The notes under the pieces were generated by a model. The model ran no database searches and was not told where the DNA came from. It saw nothing but the letters and a program-made list of their open reading frames with translations. The translations under genes and the position numbers were made by a program. A stretch of 63,511 bases of DNA, filler included, from Klebsormidium nitens (taxonomy: Eukaryota; Plantae; Klebsormidiophyceae): the NCBI GenBank assembly GCA_000708835.1. It is 5 parts of 5 records of this genome, joined end to end, with 100 filler letters (N's around TTAATTAATTAA, not from the genome) between each part and the next. Parts side by side here need not be neighbours in the genome. Positions count along the whole stretch, not along the records: positions 58,893 to 61,721 come from DF237343.1; positions 61,822 to 63,511 come from DF238030.1; 3 more parts are not named here. One strand, 5' to 3'. Below, piece by piece: positions 61,230 to 63,511 of this stretch (the first letter of the stretch is position 1; each line of letters begins with the position of its first letter).

Positions 61230-62563
61230 AGATTCGAGAGTTGCAAAATTGTTTGCTACCATTTTATCCGTGTATGTTTCTTGAGCTCAATGATGGTTGA
61301 CATGCAGAATCTGCTCAAACGACAAAGTAGCTGGTCGAGGATGCTCAAAGTCTTGGAAAGGTAATCTATTCCGGAAAGCAATCATCAGCATGTTGGAGTG
61401 CCACCCAAGATACAATTACTAGAAGGCAACCTGGATATTCACAAACACGCAGTCAGAATCGCAAGTGTAACATGATTGCACAAGTCCATCAGAGGCCTTT
61501 GTGTCTCTTGGAAGTGGCCCCCACAAGAATTGATAATACTCTCTGGCGTCAACCTGTTGCCTTGGCCTCATATAGTGAATCAGGTCGATGCTAACTGAAT
61601 GAATCTGACAATTGGGACGCAAGAAAGTCTTCCTAAGCAGGGATTCTCACCCGAGACTCTTGTCTAATGTAACGGCGCTAGCTTTCCGAGCCCCTCGTGG
61701 GGATCCCCCGGTAGCTATACGNNNNNNNNNNNNNNNNNNNNNNNNNNNNNNNNNNNNNNNNNNNNTTAATTAATTAANNNNNNNNNNNNNNNNNNNNNNN
61801 NNNNNNNNNNNNNNNNNNNNNGGTCACCATGTTCAGAAATTCAGGGTTCAGAAGGAACCCGAATGTATAATAAATGAAGCCCGGTTCACGGACGAAGGTA
61901 ACGCACCCGGTCGCCAATCCCGGTCTTGTTCGGAGATTCAGAGTTCATGCAGAAGGAACCCGAATGAGTTGGAATTGAAGCCCGGTTCATTTCTAGGATA
62001 CCCGGCGCCCGGGCCGCGCCGGTGCGCCGGTCCCCTTGTTCAAATACCTATTCAGGGTTCAGAGGGAACCCGAATGGACCTGAACTGATTCCGGCACATG
62101 TAAGTTCACCCTACATTGCTAGTCGGTTTTAACGTTTAGCATGGTCCCGAGCTGCCGTGATTTTGCATTTTGCCATCCATTTTAAAAATAGAATATTCAA
62201 TCTAGCCCTCATTGCTACTCGGTTTTAACTTTTGACGTTTAGCATGGTTCCGGCTGTTGTGATTTGCTTTTCGCAATGCCATTTGATTTGATCTTATATA
62301 CGGATAATGGAAGACTTATATACGTACAGCTGGTAGCCGACCTTCGTACCAGTGGCTAAGCGATTCTACCAGTAGACGGTGCCCGGTGCAACACGTCAAA
62401 ATCCAACCTGCCGTAAGTACCGGAAATTTCCCGAAAATATCGCGATTCTGCATGATGCAGTCTGTACAAGTGCGCAAACTCACAAATTACATGATAAATG
62501 TAGACCCGCGGCGGCAAACGAAATTGAAGGACGGTCCGAGCCCCGGGGGCTCGGTTCAGACGT

Positions 62564-62652
62564 TCAGGGTTCAGGAGAACCCTGAATGAACCCCGAATGA
62601 TTAGTTACGCGGAGTTCATTCAGGGTTCATTCAGGGTTCTCCTGAATCCTGA
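62564..62652. repeat. 37-bp inverted repeat with a 15-nt spacer
   Basis: 62564-62600 versus the reverse complement of 62616-62652: 35/37 identical. Confidence 0.9.
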
Positions 62653-63175
62653 GTTTCTGGAAACCCCCAGGGGGCTGGCCCCCGGGCTAACTTGGACCAA
62701 ACCGCTACCCTTGAACTTTAACCACAGACCATAGGCCCTACCACTTATTCCAGAAATTCAGGATTCAGCAGGAGCCTGAATGAAGTCTGAATGAATGGTT
62801 GAAGATCATTTCATTTTCGTGTACAAGTCCGGTACGTACCTATAGACTTACGTGGTAGCACGATACGTATGTCTACGGTACCTACTGGCAACTGGGTCTT
62901 GCTGAGTAAATGTGTACTATGGTACCTCTTAAATGGTACATTCAGGCACCGTAGTACCGTACTGGGCGGTACTGGAATCTGAATTCGATGGAAATTCAAA
63001 GATAGTTTGCAAGATTTTGCGCGAAACGCGCAAAATTTTGCAGTCGAGCCTTAATGGTCTTGTTCAGATAGCGCGCGATGGATTTCAGGCGCGCATGGGT
63101 CCTGCCTGAAGGAATCCAAATGAAGCCCCAAAAATGGGTGTTCAGGCCCCCACTGACATAGTATGGCGGATGGAA

Positions 63176-63511
63176 AGACGAGGACATAACGTGCCTAGTA
63201 CCAATAAGCTCCGTCACCCCTTTCCAAAACACACTCGTGAACCGCTTATCACGATCTGTAATAAACTCTTTGCTCAGGCCATGGAGAGCCCAGACCCGAT
63301 CAATATAGAGCCGCTGCAAAATCTTTTGCAGATAAGTCTTCACGGCAAGCTACAAAGTGCACCATCTTTGTCAGCTTATCCACAAAGACACAGATACTGT
63401 CATTCCCACGCGCTGTCTTAGGCAACTTGACAATAAAGTCAAACGTGACAGTTTCCCAAGCTTTCTCAGGAATGGGAAGAGGCTGCAATGCACCAAACGG
63501 CCTGTGGCGCC
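63176..63511 (-). mobile_element. Ty3/gypsy integrase core fragment (truncated before the catalytic Glu)
   Basis: QPLPIPEKAWETVTFDFIVKLPKTARGNDSICVFVDKLTKMVHFVAC...HGLSKEFITDRDKRFTSVFW...SSSFHP; 1 frameshift; homology stops before QTDGQTE. Confidence 0.92.

Larger units (their letters stand above)
58893..63175 (-). mobile_element. DNA transposon (transposase plus repeat-rich subterminal region), right end near 63175; left end not seen
   Basis: The transposase is followed toward higher coordinates by repeated TTCAGGGTTCAG(A/G)AGGAACCCGAATG motifs and inverted repeats, ending where gypsy integrase homology begins abruptly. Two gaps interrupt the span, so continuity is inferred. Confidence 0.55.

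Overview
Eukaryotic, intron-rich scaffold with several N gaps. The plant-type WDR11 and MRT4 genes and the GC-rich exons with GT-AG introns of a few hundred bp suggest a streptophyte green alga (Klebsormidium-like); this is an inference. Layout: (1) 0.5-8 kb is a pile of decayed Ty1/copia pieces (two LTR-like repeat families, a half-tRNA-iMet-type PBS, gag-protease on +, RT-RNaseH on -). (2) 8.9-29 kb consists of two families of multi-kb, heavily degenerate tandem duplications (about 4.6 kb and about 3.9 kb periods) of unknown origin; one copy contains a KDZ-transposase-like relic. (3) 30.9-57.7 kb is gene space: a 13-exon WDR11 (+), orphan exons (-), an 8-exon MRT4 (+) and an uncharacterised gene with an organelle-type N-terminus (-). 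(4) 58.9-63.2 kb is a nearly intact cut-and-paste DNA transposon (-), apparently inserted into a Ty3/gypsy integrase. It has a CxxH motif, an ERxF-like catalytic motif, and subterminal repeats and hairpins. The most striking observation is that this transposase ends in a Cys/His finger whose spacing almost exactly matches the SHI/STY (SRS) plant transcription-factor zinc finger. All alignments and exon models were made by eye, without databases.
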